DNA from: an uncultured delta proteobacterium
Lineage (GTDB): Bacteria; Myxococcota_A; Polyangia; Haliangiales; Haliangiaceae
Assembly (NCBI GenBank): GCA_963848295.1
Contig: CAWKDB010000010.1
Coordinates: 4,448,001 to 4,512,000 of the forward strand
Length of the DNA: 64,000 nucleotides
Direction of reading: 5' to 3'
The notes beneath the pieces are model-generated. The model was given only the letters and a program-made list of their open reading frames with translations. It searched no databases and was not told where the DNA came from. This document shows positions 22,281-33,972 of this stretch, one piece after another (the first letter of the stretch is position 1; every line of letters starts with the position of its first letter). The position numbers were made by a program, and so were the translations under genes.

Positions 22281-23141
22281 CTACTCGATGATCGAGATCA
22301 GCGAGTTGACGCCGGCGCCGGCGAACGAGATGCCCTGGTTCGTATCGGGGTCGGTGAACGTCGCGAACGGCTGGCCGACGCCGGTCGTCGGATCGATCTT
22401 GACGACGTGACCGGTCCCGTCGTGGGTGAAGCCGATGACGCCACCCGCGGCGAACGACGTGCCGAACAGCTTCGGGTAGCCGGTCGCGCCGACCATCGTG
22501 ACGCCGCCGGTCGCGAGGTCGACCTTGACCAGCACGTTGCTGTTTTGCGTGCCTTGGCCGCTGCCGTCGTTGAGGTTGTACGCGGTGCCGAAGATCGTGC
22601 CGTCGTCGATCGCGACGAGGTCGCCGGTCAGCGCCATGTTGTTCTGCATCTTGACCGGCGTCATCACGGTCGGCGGCGAGGTCGACACGTCGATCTGGCA
22701 CAGCGACCCCATGAAGTCACCGGTCCAGATCTGACCGCTCGGCGTCGTGGTGAGCGCGACCGCCTGAGTGCCGCATGCCGTGACGCTACCGATCGAGGTG
22801 ACGTGACCGTCGGTCGCCGACGCGGTGTACAGCCCCTGCTCCGAGATCACGTAGATCGTGTTGTCCGGTGCGACCGCCAGATCGGTGATCGCGTAGCCAC
22901 CGGGCGTGTTGAACTTGCCGACCGTCGTCAGCGTCTTCGCCTCGAGATCGACGACGTAGAGCGTGTCGTCGCTGTGCGCGTAGACCGAGTAGCAATTTGC
23001 GAGCCCGCCGCAGCCATTCTGGCCGCTGTCTCCGGTGTTACCCGGGGCATCGACGTTGTCGCTACCGCCGCCTCCGCGGCCACCCGGTCCGCACGCCGCC
23101 GCCGCTAACAAGAGCAGGATGATCGCGCGTTGGTCCCTCAT
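22281..23141 (-). CDS. Lipoprotein with probable beta-propeller
   Basis: Lipobox AAAC after ATG 23141; repeated LYxVDxxTG-like blades. Confidence 0.7.
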   Translation of the reverse strand: MRDQRAIILLLLAAAACGPGGRGGGGSDNVDAPGNTGDSGQNGCGGLANCYSVYAHSDDTLYVVDLEAKTLTTVGKFNTPGGYAITDLAVAPDNTIYVISEQGLYTASATDGHVTSIGSVTACGTQAVALTTTPSGQIWTGDFMGSLCQIDVSTSPPTVMTPVKMQNNMALTGDLVAIDDGTIFGTAYNLNDGSGQGTQNSNVLVKVDLATGGVTMVGATGYPKLFGTSFAAGGVIGFTHDGTGHVVKIDPTTGVGQPFATFTDPDTNQGISFAGAGVNSLISIIE

Positions 23142-23212
23142 CGCCGGCGGACGATACTCCGTTCGCGTTCGCTCGGGCGCTGGCAACGGCTGACAGGTGT
23201 AGGATGCGCACG

Positions 23213-24592
<1,380 letters not shown>

Positions 24593-24682
24593 CGAAGGGC
24601 CGCCCCGCGGGCGGACCTCCTGCGAATCCCGCCGATTTCGGACATGGTTGACCGACCATCGTCGTCGACATAAGGTGCCAGC

Positions 24683-25660
24683 GTGAAGCTCGCGACCCTG
24701 CGCGATGGCACCCGAGATGGCCGCTTGCTCGTCGTTCGCAAGGATGGCCAAGCCGGGGCGCCGTCGCCGGACGCGTGGCCGACGCTGCAGCGCGCACTCG
24801 ACGATTGGGACGCCGCCGAGCCGCAGCTGCGCGCGATCGCCCGACAGCTCGATCGCGACGGGCTCGCTGGAATGCCGATCGACGCGACGCGGCTCGCCGC
24901 GCCTTTGCCGCGCGCGTACGAGTGGGTCGATGGCTCGGCGTTTCTCAACCACGTGATCCTCGTGCGCAAGGCGCGCAATGCCGAGCCGCCGCCGACGTTG
25001 CAGACCGATCCGCTGATCTACCAAGGCGGCTCGGGCGACATGCTCGGCCCGCGCGATGCGATCGAGCTGCGCGATCCGGCGTGGGGCCTCGACTTCGAGG
25101 CCGAGGTCGTCGTCGTGCTCGGCGATACGCCCCTGGGCACGACCGCGGCGGACGCGGGGCGCTACGTCCGGCTCGTGATGCTCGTCAACGACATCACGTT
25201 GCGCTCGCTCGTGCCCGACGAGCTCGCGAAGAGCTTCGGGTTCTTTCAGAGCAAGCCGGCGAGCGCGTTCTCGCCGTTCGCGATCACGCCGGACGAGCTC
25301 GGCGCCGCGTGGCAGAACGGGCGCGCGCATATTCGCGTCCAGTCGACGTACAACGGCAAGCTCGTCGGCGACTGCGACGCCGGGCCGGAGATGCACTTCT
25401 CGTTCTTCGAGCTGATCGCGCACATCGCGAAGACGCGGCGGTTCACCGCCGGCACGATCCTCGGCAGCGGCACGGTGTCGAATGCGGATCGCGCGCGCGG
25501 CATCTCGTGTCTCGCCGAAGCGCGGATGATCGAGACGATCGAGCACGGCAAGCCGAAGACCCCGTTCATGGCGGTCGGCGATCGCATCGAGATCGAAGCG
25601 GTCGCGAACGGGGTCAGCCTGTTCGGCCGGATCGATCAACGGGTCGTAGGTGCGACGTGA
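24683..25660 (+). CDS. Fumarylacetoacetate hydrolase family protein
   Basis: MKLATLRDGTRDG, DGSAFLNH, DFEAE, NDITLR, FQSKP, GSGTVSN; first gene of Tyr catabolic operon. Confidence 0.92.
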   Translation: MKLATLRDGTRDGRLLVVRKDGQAGAPSPDAWPTLQRALDDWDAAEPQLRAIARQLDRDGLAGMPIDATRLAAPLPRAYEWVDGSAFLNHVILVRKARNAEPPPTLQTDPLIYQGGSGDMLGPRDAIELRDPAWGLDFEAEVVVVLGDTPLGTTAADAGRYVRLVMLVNDITLRSLVPDELAKSFGFFQSKPASAFSPFAITPDELGAAWQNGRAHIRVQSTYNGKLVGDCDAGPEMHFSFFELIAHIAKTRRFTAGTILGSGTVSNADRARGISCLAEARMIETIEHGKPKTPFMAVGDRIEIEAVANGVSLFGRIDQRVVGAT

Positions 25661-26301
25661 AGCTGGTGTTGCATAGCTACTGGCGCAGCTCGGCGAGTCA
25701 GCGCGTGCGGATCGGGCTCGGGCTCAAAGGTCTCGCCTACGATTACGTCGCGGTCCACATCGTCCATCGCCAGCAGTTTGCCGATGCATACACCGCGCGC
25801 AACCCGATGGCGCAGGTCCCGACGCTCGAGGTCACCGAGGATGACGGCACGGTGCATGCGCTCGTCCAGTCGCTGCCGATCCTCGAGTTTCTCGACGAGC
25901 GGTTCCCGCAATCGCCGCTGTTGCCGGCCGATCGCTTCGCGCGCGCGCGGGCTCGCGCGCTCGCCGAGCTGATCAACTCCGGCATCCAGCCGATGCAGAA
26001 TCTCTCGACCACGAAGCGGATCAAAGAGCTCGGCGCCGACGATCAAGCGTGGGTCCGTCCGTTCATCGCGAGCGGTCTCGCCGCGTATCAACGGCTCGCT
26101 GCGGATTCGGCCGGCGCGTTCAGCGTCGGAGACTCGCCGACGATCGCCGACTGCTGCCTCGTGCCGCAGCTCGCATCGGCGCGACGGTTCGCCGTCTCGC
26201 TCGAGCCGTTCGCGGCGCTCACCGCGATCGAAGCACGTTGCCTCGCGCTGCCGGCATTCGCCGCGGCGCAACCGGACCGCCAACCCGACGCGCAGAAGTA
26301 G
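25657..26301 (+). CDS. maiA: Maleylacetoacetate isomerase (GST zeta)
   Basis: YWRSSASQRVRI, NPMAQVP, IQPMQNL, ADCCLVPQ, QPD; GTGA overlap with upstream gene. Confidence 0.95.
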   Translation: MKLVLHSYWRSSASQRVRIGLGLKGLAYDYVAVHIVHRQQFADAYTARNPMAQVPTLEVTEDDGTVHALVQSLPILEFLDERFPQSPLLPADRFARARARALAELINSGIQPMQNLSTTKRIKELGADDQAWVRPFIASGLAAYQRLAADSAGAFSVGDSPTIADCCLVPQLASARRFAVSLEPFAALTAIEARCLALPAFAAAQPDRQPDAQK

Positions 26302-26310
26302 AGAACCACT

Positions 26311-27456
26311 ATGGCCAAGCCGTCATCGCTCGGAATCAAGCGTCTGGAGGGCATCCACTACTACGTTCGCAATCTCGAGCGGTCGCGAAAGTTCTATACG
26401 GGCATGCTCGACTTCGCCGAGAGCTGGCGCAGCTCGCCCGAGACCGACGAGGCGGGCCGCCAGCAATCCGCGTGCTTCGAAGCGGGCAACGTCAAGATCG
26501 TGTGCAGCCAGCCGGCGGGCGAGGGCGGTCGCGCCGCGCGCTTCCTGTCGAAACATCCGGACGGCGTCGGCACGCTGATCTTCGAAGTCGAAGACGTCGA
26601 CCGCACGTTCAAGCTCCTCGAAGAGCGCGGTGGCACGCCGATCGATGACATCGTCGTGTCCAAGTCCGATACCGGCACGCTGAAGATGTTCTCGATCGCG
26701 ACGCCGTTCGGCGATTGCACGTTCCGGTTCCGCCAGCACATCGGCACGCCGCCGCTGTTCCCCGGGGCGGTGCCGCACCAGGGCGGCGGCCGCAACCGCT
26801 TCGGCTTCGGGGAGATCGATCACATCACGGCGAACTTCCAGACCATGAAGCCGATGCTGCTGTGGATGGAGCACGTGATGGCGTTCGAGCAGATGTGGGA
26901 AGTGAAGTTCCACACGCAGGACGTCGATCCGACGAAGAAGACCGGCTCGGGCCTCAAGTCGATCGTCGTCTGGGATCCGATCTCCGGCGTGAAGTTCGCG
27001 AACAACGAGCCCCAGCGGCCGTTCTTCAAGAGCTCGCAGATCAACATCTTCAACGAGGAGCTGCGAGGCGACGGCGTGCAACACGTCGCGATGACCGTGC
27101 GCGACATCCTCGGCGCCGTGCGCGACCTGCGCGCCAACGGGGTCAGCTTCATGCCGACGCCGGGCACGTACTACGACATGCTGCCCGAGCGGATCGCGAA
27201 GAGCGGTGTAGACACGATCGACGAGAACATCGACGAGCTGCGCGAGCTCGAGGTGTTGATCGACGGCGATCACCATCACGAGTACATGCTGCAGATCTTC
27301 TTGAAGGAGTCGTCGGGCCTGTACAACGATCCCTCGGCCGGCCCGTTCTTCTACGAGATCATCCAGCGCAAGGGCGGCGAGAGCTTCGGCGCCGGCAATT
27401 TCCGCGCGCTGTTCGAGAGCATCGAGCGCGATCAGCGCGAGCGCGGGCTGGTGTGA
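26311..27456 (+). CDS. hppD: 4-hydroxyphenylpyruvate dioxygenase
   Basis: [40 protein letters not shown]. Confidence 0.95.
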   Translation: MAKPSSLGIKRLEGIHYYVRNLERSRKFYTGMLDFAESWRSSPETDEAGRQQSACFEAGNVKIVCSQPAGEGGRAARFLSKHPDGVGTLIFEVEDVDRTFKLLEERGGTPIDDIVVSKSDTGTLKMFSIATPFGDCTFRFRQHIGTPPLFPGAVPHQGGGRNRFGFGEIDHITANFQTMKPMLLWMEHVMAFEQMWEVKFHTQDVDPTKKTGSGLKSIVVWDPISGVKFANNEPQRPFFKSSQINIFNEELRGDGVQHVAMTVRDILGAVRDLRANGVSFMPTPGTYYDMLPERIAKSGVDTIDENIDELRELEVLIDGDHHHEYMLQIFLKESSGLYNDPSAGPFFYEIIQRKGGESFGAGNFRALFESIERDQRERGLV

Positions 27457-28733
27457 GCTACCAGAGCGGGTTCGGCAACGAGCACGCGACCGAGGCGATC
27501 GCGGGTGCGTTACCGGTCGGGAGAAACTCGCCGCAGACCGTGCCGTTCGGGCTCTACGCCGAGCAGCTCTCGGGCTCCGCGTTCACCGCACCGCGCGCGC
27601 ACAATCGCCGGACCTGGGTCTATCGCATGCGGCCGAGCGCCGCCCATCCGCCGTTCGAGCCGATCGCGGCGGGCCACCTGCGCAGCGGACCGTTCGACGA
27701 AGCGCCGGCGACGCCGAATCGCCTGCGCTGGAGCCCACAGCCGGTGCCGGCGACACCGACGACCTTCGTCGACGGCCTGTTCACGCTCGGCGGCAACGGC
27801 TCGCCCGCGCTCGGCGCCGGCACCGCGATCCACGTCTACGCCGCGAATCGCTCGATGGTCGATACCGCGTTCGCCAACTCCGATGGCGAGCTCTTGATCG
27901 TGCCGCAGCTCGGCCGGCTGCGGATCGTCACCGAGCTCGGCGTGCTCGAGCTCACGCCGGGCGAGGTCGCGTCGATCCCGCGCGGCATGCGGATGCGCGT
28001 CGAGCTCGTCGACCAGGAAGCTCGCGGCTACGCCGGCGAGAACTACGGCGCGCCGTTCCGCTTGCCCGAGCTCGGCCCGATCGGCTCGAACGGCCTGGCG
28101 AACCCGCGTGATTTTCTCGCGCCGGTCGCCGCATTCGAAGACGTCGAGCGGCCGACGACGCTGGTCCAGAAGTTCCAGGGCGGGCTGTGGCAAACGACGC
28201 TCGATCACTCGCCGTTCGATGTCGTCGCGTGGCACGGCAACTACACGCCGTACAAGTACGACCTCGCGCGGTTCAACGCGATCAACACGGTCAGCTTCGA
28301 TCATCCCGATCCGTCGATCTTCACGGTGCTGACGTCGCCGAGCGACACGCCGGGCGTCGCGAACTGCGACTTCGTGATCTTCCCGCCGCGCTGGATGGTC
28401 GCCGAGGGCACGTTTCGCCCGCCGTGGTTCCACCGCAACGTGATGAGCGAGCTGATGGGCCTCGTGCACGGAGCGTATGACGCGAAAGCGGAAGGCTTCT
28501 TGCCGGGCGGCGCGTCGCTGCACAACTGCATGAACGCGCACGGTCCGGATCGCGCGAGCTACGACAAGGCGATCGCCGCCGACCTCGCGCCGTACAAGCT
28601 GACCGACACGCTCGCGTTCATGTTCGAGACTCGCTGGGTGATCGCGCCGACCAAGGCCGCGCTTGCCTCGCCGACGCTGCAGCTCGACTACGACGCCGCG
28701 TGGGCGAGCTTCGTCAAGGCGAAGCTGCCGTAG
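27453..28733 (+). CDS. hmgA: Homogentisate 1,2-dioxygenase
   Basis: [58 protein letters not shown] overlap with hppD. Confidence 0.97.
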   Translation: MSYQSGFGNEHATEAIAGALPVGRNSPQTVPFGLYAEQLSGSAFTAPRAHNRRTWVYRMRPSAAHPPFEPIAAGHLRSGPFDEAPATPNRLRWSPQPVPATPTTFVDGLFTLGGNGSPALGAGTAIHVYAANRSMVDTAFANSDGELLIVPQLGRLRIVTELGVLELTPGEVASIPRGMRMRVELVDQEARGYAGENYGAPFRLPELGPIGSNGLANPRDFLAPVAAFEDVERPTTLVQKFQGGLWQTTLDHSPFDVVAWHGNYTPYKYDLARFNAINTVSFDHPDPSIFTVLTSPSDTPGVANCDFVIFPPRWMVAEGTFRPPWFHRNVMSELMGLVHGAYDAKAEGFLPGGASLHNCMNAHGPDRASYDKAIAADLAPYKLTDTLAFMFETRWVIAPTKAALASPTLQLDYDAAWASFVKAKLP

Positions 28734-28755
28734 CCTGCTAAATTAGCTTGGAGCC

Positions 28756-29378
28756 ATGGCGCTACCGAGCGCGCGCGAGCGTGAGACGGCGTTCTGGCAA
28801 GGCGTCGCCGAGAGCGGGAGGTTCTTCATGGGCGAATCCGACGTCCACCGCGCCCTGACCAAGCTGGTCGCGACGCTCGACGCGCATGCGATCCCCTACG
28901 CGATCGTCGACGCGATGGCGCTGAACGAGTACGGCTATCGCAGAGTCACGGCCGGTGTAGATGTTCTGTTGACTCGCGAAGGTCTCGCACAGCTCAAGTC
29001 GGCAGTGCTAGGCCGCGGTTACGTGGAGAAGTTCCCCGGCAGCAAAGGGCTGCGCGACCCCGAGTACAACGTCGCGATCGACATCGTGCTCGCCGGGGAT
29101 TTTCCCGGCGATGGCAAACCAAAGCCGGTGCGATTCCCGGATCCCGCGATCGCCGCGATTCCGGGGCACGCGGCGCGTTCCTGCCGATCGCTCGGCTGAT
29201 CGAGCTCAAGCTCGCCTCTGGCACGAGCGCACCCCATCGCCTCAAGGATCTCGCCGACGTCCTCGAGCTCATTCGCGCGGCGAAGCTCGACGCCGATCTA
29301 GGCGATGAGCTCGATCCTTCGGTGCGCGGCAAGTTCGACGAGCTCTGGCAAGCGGCGCAGATCCAAGATCCCGAGTGA
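28756..29378 (+). pseudogene. Frameshifted nucleotidyltransferase-fold protein
   Basis: First frame resembles an NTase N-half (YAIVDAMAL...RVTAGVDVLL). The C-half (LIELKLASG...HRLKDLADVLELIR) continues in another frame after CCGGGGCA at about 29161-29168 and ends at TGA 29378. Confidence 0.78.
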
Positions 29379-29402
29379 ACCGGCCGTCGCGGCCGAACTT
29401 CG

Positions 29403-29930
29403 TCATGGCGACGCTGTCGTGGTCTTCGCGCGCAGGATCACGTCGCCGGGATCATATGAACCCAGCGGTCGCGCCAGCTCGGCTTGCCGGGTGAAGCCGA
29501 GCGCTTCGAGCAGCGCGAGCGACGGCGAGTTGCCCGGCTGGACCGCGGCCCATAGCTCCACGACGCCACGCGATCGCAGCTCCGCGATCAACCATCGCAC
29601 CGCCTCGCGCCCGTAACCGCGGCGCTGGTACGTAGGGCCGATCAAGTATGCGAGCTCGGCCCACGCCCCGTACATCGAGGCCTCGAGCCTGCCGACGATC
29701 GCGCCGTCGTCGCTGCGCCGGATCGCTGCGTTCAACCAGATCTCGTCAGAGTTGGCTGGTCCGCGAGCGAGCCGGTCGATCCGCGCGTGCACCGCCTCGA
29801 GCGTAGTGACGTCGGGTGCACTCAGGTACTGCGCGACCTCCGGGTGGTCGAGCGCGGCGAATAAGCCCTCGGCATGCTCGTGGCCGAGCGGCTCGATCGT
29901 GAGGCGATCGGTGTTCCCGCGAAGCGTCAC
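29403..29930 (-). CDS. GNAT (RimJ/RimL-like) N-acetyltransferase
   Basis: TDRLTIEPL, ELAYLIGPTYQRRGYGREA, NSPSLALLEALGF. Confidence 0.9.
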   Translation of the reverse strand: MTLRGNTDRLTIEPLGHEHAEGLFAALDHPEVAQYLSAPDVTTLEAVHARIDRLARGPANSDEIWLNAAIRRSDDGAIVGRLEASMYGAWAELAYLIGPTYQRRGYGREAVRWLIAELRSRGVVELWAAVQPGNSPSLALLEALGFTRQAELARPLGSYDPGDVILRAKTTTASP

Positions 29931-30050
29931 GGGGAGATCGTAGCGCGTACCGCAGCGGATCGATCGCTTAGCTTGATCGTACGCGTCTCATGATTCGTCA
30001 TCGTCGATGTGACGCGCACTCTCACGTTAGACGGTGCCGAGCCTGTTGGT

Positions 30051-30121
30051 GGGCTGTTCGTTTGTGACCGACCGCGCTCGAAGAGTCCGCCGCGCCCGGT
30101 CGCTCACAATCCGAACAGCCC
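30051..30121. other. Long imperfect hairpin in an orphan intergenic region (candidate ncRNA)
   Basis: GGGCTGTTCG/CGAACAGCCC, TTGTGA/TCACAA and CGACCG/CGGTCG arms stack into one rod. Confidence 0.5.
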
Positions 30122-30503
30122 CTGACGCCACGATGGTTGGTTCCATGGATCGATTTGAATGATCGACGAATGGAAGACGACGCTCCGTCCCTTCTCCCCG
30201 AAAACCCGAAAAATCTTGGTGGCAGAGCCTGTGGCGCGATGTGGACGGGTGCGCCGCTACCTCGGTCGGCTCGCGGTCATCGCGATCGATCGCGGCGCAG
30301 CCGTCCAAGTGAGCGAGGTCAGCCGCGGACGGTCGATGGCGAGGACCTCGATCGGCGGCGCGAGCGGCTGTCCGCGCGAACGGCATCGTCCACAGGCCGG
30401 CCCTGCTGTCCGCGGCAGCCCGATCAGTGTGTTCGCGGTGCCCTCCGCGCTAGCCACGCGATAGACGTGCACGCTGACGATCGAGCGGCCAATTCGCGGG
30501 TCG

Positions 30504-31061
30504 TTAGCCGCGGCGCGGGAACCGCGCGCAGAACTCGACCATCGCCGCGCCGAACCGCTGGACCAACACGCGGGTCGACTCGTCGGTCAGCCGGCCCCCG
30601 GCGTCGAACCGCTCGTGCGCGCGCGGCACGAGCACCTCGGGCTGGTTGAGGCACGGCGAGTCGCTGTACACGAGCATCTGTCGGAGGTGGAGCTGCGCGC
30701 GGATCGTGCCGCTCATCCCGCTCGCCGCGCCGACCAGCCCGATCGGCTTGCCGCGCATCGGGGAGGTCGCCGGTGGACGCGAGACCCAATCGAGCGCGTT
30801 CTTTAGGCCGCCCGGGATGCTGTAGTTGTACTCGGGCACCGCGATCACGACGCCGTCCGACGCGGCGATCGCGGCCTTGAGCGCGACGACCGGCTCGGGG
30901 TCCTCGAGATCGCTGTTGAAGATCGGGAACGCGCCGATGCCGTCGAACAGGATCATCTCCGCGCCATCGGGTAACAGCTCGCTGACCGTGCGCAGCAACG
31001 CGCGGTTATGCGATGCCTTGCGCATGCTGCCGCAGATGCCAAGGAGGGTCATCGAAGGCAT
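30504..31061 (-). CDS. NAD(P)H-dependent FMN reductase
   Basis: [44 protein letters not shown]. Start 31061 or 31052. Confidence 0.93.
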   Translation of the reverse strand: MPSMTLLGICGSMRKASHNRALLRTVSELLPDGAEMILFDGIGAFPIFNSDLEDPEPVVALKAAIAASDGVVIAVPEYNYSIPGGLKNALDWVSRPPATSPMRGKPIGLVGAASGMSGTIRAQLHLRQMLVYSDSPCLNQPEVLVPRAHERFDAGGRLTDESTRVLVQRFGAAMVEFCARFPRRG

Positions 31062-31104
31062 ATCCAACCGTAACCCTTTGCCGCCCGGCACGTATACTGC
31101 GCGT

Positions 31105-31755
31105 ATGTTTGGAACCGCCAAGAAGCTCCGCATGCCCACGCCGGGTGACGCGCTCCCCGGTCGGGCCACACCGATGCGCGTCGGCGAGACGCACTTCGTC
31201 AACGGCCACCGGATCGTGCCGCCGTTCCCCGCGGGCATGGAGCTCGCGCAGTTCGGCATGGGTTGCTTCTGGGGCGCCGAGCGCAAGTTCTGGCAGACCC
31301 CCGGCGTGTACTCGACCGCGGTCGGCTACGCGGGCGGCCTGACGCCGAATCCGACGTACGAGGAGGTCTGCTCGGGCGGCACCGGTCACACCGAGGTCGT
31401 GCTCGTGGTGTTCGACCCCGCGAAGGTTTCGTACGATCAGCTGCTCAAGGTGTTCTGGGAGAACCACGATCCGACCCAGGGCATGCAACAGGGCAACGAC
31501 CTGGGCACGCAATACCGCTCGGCGATCTACGCGTACGGTGAGGCGCAGCTCGCGTCGGCGCAGGCGTCGCGCGCGCTGTTCCAGGACCAGCTGCGCAAGG
31601 CCGGCCACGGCGAGATCACGACCGAGATCCGCGTGGCGCCCGAGCTGTACTACGCCGAGGACTATCACCAGCAGTATCTCGGCAAGAACCCGAACGGCTA
31701 CTGCGGGCTCGGCGGTACCGGCGTCAGTTGCCCGATTGGCCTCGGCGCTCGCTGA
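31105..31755 (+). CDS. msrA: Peptide methionine sulfoxide reductase A
   Basis: [46 protein letters not shown] 6 nt before ATG 31105. Confidence 0.97.
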   Translation: MFGTAKKLRMPTPGDALPGRATPMRVGETHFVNGHRIVPPFPAGMELAQFGMGCFWGAERKFWQTPGVYSTAVGYAGGLTPNPTYEEVCSGGTGHTEVVLVVFDPAKVSYDQLLKVFWENHDPTQGMQQGNDLGTQYRSAIYAYGEAQLASAQASRALFQDQLRKAGHGEITTEIRVAPELYYAEDYHQQYLGKNPNGYCGLGGTGVSCPIGLGAR

Positions 31756-31810
31756 TCCGGTAGACCGACCTCCCGTGCGAGCATTCGTCGTCGTGACGCT
31801 CGCGGCTCCG

Positions 31811-31893
31811 ATGATGGGCGACCGCGACGACGTCCGGATCTATTCCGGGCTCTGACCCAGGCGGATGTGACGCAACTAGTCAACGCGCCCTAA
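31811..31893 (+). pseudogene. Frameshifted remnant of a LamG/concanavalin-like domain C-terminus
   Basis: DDVRIYS, then ALTQADVTQLVNAP* after a 1-nt shift; resembles the LamG terminal motif DxVRIYxRALSxxEV. Confidence 0.55.
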
Positions 31894-31937
31894 AACGCCT
31901 CGCCCGACTGTTACAACTTCGTGATAGGACCGCGCGC

Positions 31938-33644
31938 ATGGTGCGCGCAACTGTCCTCGGGCTCCTCGCGATCGGTCTGATCGCCTGTAACCATCACGCC
32001 GCGAATCCCGACGCCGGCCAGATGGACGCACCGCTCGCCGGCTACAACGGCCCCGAGCTCGTGTGCCCGGGCGGTCCGAACTGCGCGACGACCGGCGACG
32101 GTCAGCTCAAGGTCGGCGCCGGCGCCCACGTGTACACGCCGATGAACTTCGAGACCTACACCGACGAGAACAACGATCATCAGTGGGAGCCGAACGAGCC
32201 TTTCGACGATCTCAACGGCAACGGCGTGTTCGACGGCGTGTGGCTGTTCGGTGGTGGGCGCGCGGCGGAGCTCGTCGATGACGACGTCGAGGCGCGCGCG
32301 CTCGCGTTCGTCGAGGGCGACGTCACGGCGGTCGTGGTCTACATCGACTGCATCGGCATGCTGTCGGGCGACATGGACATCATCCGCAACGATCCGAAGC
32401 TCGCGGGGCTCAATATCGATCACATCATCATCGGCGCGACCCACGCGCACGATGCGCCCGACACGGTCGGCTTGTGGGGCCCGACCGCGGTGCAGACCGG
32501 CCGCGAGCCATTCATCATGACCGCGGTGTACGCCGCCGCGGTCGATGCGATCTACGACGCGGTCACGACCGCGCAGCCGGCGCAGATGCAGATCGCGACG
32601 ACGCTGTTGATCAACGACCCGAGCAACCCGCAGAGCAAGACCGACATGTTCAACGAGGACATCCGCGATCCGGTGATCTTCGACCCGACGCTGACGATCG
32701 CGCGGTTCGTCGAGGTCGCCGATCCGACGACGACGATCGGCACGCTCGTCAACTACGCCGACCATCCCGAGGTCGCGCACTTCTCGAAGACCGAGCCGGC
32801 GTCGGTCACCGCACACTACGTGCACTGGCTGCGGCTCGGCATCGAGAACGGCGTGAAGACGACCGACAGCATCTTCGCGAAGACCGACCTGGCCGGGATC
32901 GGCGGCATCACGGTGTTCGTACAAGGCGCGCTCGGCGGCCAGATCGGCTCGATCCGCACGACGATGCCGCCCGGCCCCGACGGCACGCCGATCACCGACG
33001 AGTCGCACGCCGAAGATCAGGCGATCGGCACGAACGCCGCGGCCAAGGCGCTCACCGCGCTGCAGACCGGCGAGACGGTCAGCGACTTGCCGCTGTCGTT
33101 CGTGACCGCGACGTTCAACGCCGAGCTCGACAACATCCTGTTGCAGACCGCGTTCCTCATCAAGCTGCTCGGCCCGCACCCGCTGATCGGCTACGACCCG
33201 AACCAGGGCCTCGGCGAAGGGAACAACCCATGGCTGCCGCTGCGCTCGACCTACTTGCAGGTCGGCCCGCTCGGCATGGTCACGGTCCCGGGCGAGCTCC
33301 ATCCCGAGCTGTGGGTCGGCGGCTACGACGGCGCCGACTGGACCTGGGGTTGGCCGCTGTACGACCCGACCAAGCCGAACCCGCCGCTGTTCGATCAGGC
33401 GCCTCAGCCGCCGTACATGCGCGATCTCGTGCTCGCGCACGCGGGCGTGAGGTATCCGATCGTCGCCGGGCTCGCCGAGGACTACATCGGTTACATCGTG
33501 CCCGCCTACAACTACGTGCTCGATCCCGACAACCCGTACTTCGTGCAAGCGGCCGGCGACCACTACGAAGAGGTCTACTCGCTAGGCCCGCACGTCGAAG
33601 AGGACGCGATCCATCCGATCCTGCAGATGCTGCAGAACAACTAG
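31938..33644 (+). CDS. Lipoprotein, neutral/alkaline ceramidase-like hydrolase
   Basis: Lipobox LIAC; ARALAF, ATHAHDAPDT, HPE, QGALGG, PGEL, DYIGYI, HYEE. Confidence 0.75.
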   Translation: MVRATVLGLLAIGLIACNHHAANPDAGQMDAPLAGYNGPELVCPGGPNCATTGDGQLKVGAGAHVYTPMNFETYTDENNDHQWEPNEPFDDLNGNGVFDGVWLFGGGRAAELVDDDVEARALAFVEGDVTAVVVYIDCIGMLSGDMDIIRNDPKLAGLNIDHIIIGATHAHDAPDTVGLWGPTAVQTGREPFIMTAVYAAAVDAIYDAVTTAQPAQMQIATTLLINDPSNPQSKTDMFNEDIRDPVIFDPTLTIARFVEVADPTTTIGTLVNYADHPEVAHFSKTEPASVTAHYVHWLRLGIENGVKTTDSIFAKTDLAGIGGITVFVQGALGGQIGSIRTTMPPGPDGTPITDESHAEDQAIGTNAAAKALTALQTGETVSDLPLSFVTATFNAELDNILLQTAFLIKLLGPHPLIGYDPNQGLGEGNNPWLPLRSTYLQVGPLGMVTVPGELHPELWVGGYDGADWTWGWPLYDPTKPNPPLFDQAPQPPYMRDLVLAHAGVRYPIVAGLAEDYIGYIVPAYNYVLDPDNPYFVQAAGDHYEEVYSLGPHVEEDAIHPILQMLQNN

Positions 33645-33658
33645 CGCTCAACTCGCGC

Positions 33659-33970
33659 CTACTGCTGTATGCACAGGCAGATATCGTCTGCCGACCTATT
33701 ACATTGCATGCGCGTCGCGACGTAGCCGTCCGCGCATTCCGGCCATATGCCAGAGCACTGCGTGTAGCAGGTACCGTCGATCACGATCCCGCTATAACCC
33801 ATGCACCAGTCGACGGTGCAGACACCGGCATCGCCGTCTATGACCGGGAGGGGATCAGGGTTCCCGGCTTCACCGCCGCTCGGCGGCGCGTCCGACGCGG
33901 GGGCCTTGCCACTGCTGCTACAGGCAGCCAGCATGACCGCCCACCACATCCACACCAATGGTCCCCGCAT
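33659..33970 (-). CDS. Small Cys-rich lipoprotein
   Basis: Lipobox LAAC; 8 Cys in last 53 aa; ATG 33970 lies 2 nt after the upstream stop. Confidence 0.6.
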   Translation of the reverse strand: MRGPLVWMWWAVMLAACSSSGKAPASDAPPSGGEAGNPDPLPVIDGDAGVCTVDWCMGYSGIVIDGTCYTQCSGIWPECADGYVATRMQCNRSADDICLCIQQ

Positions 33971-33972
33971 GA

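Noticed and set aside
30051..30121. Hairpin as SRP RNA, tRNA or retron msr-msd
   Set aside because: There is no SRP helix-8 GGAA/AGCAG motif, no cloverleaf, and no reverse transcriptase in the window.
30027..30472. Short ORFs 30027-30386, 30159-30464 and 30257-30472 as genes
   Set aside because: They have no motifs, weak codon bias, overlap each other and lack convincing initiation signals.
31261..31275. MsrA as a second selenoprotein
   Set aside because: The active-site codon is TGC (GCFWG), an ordinary Cys.
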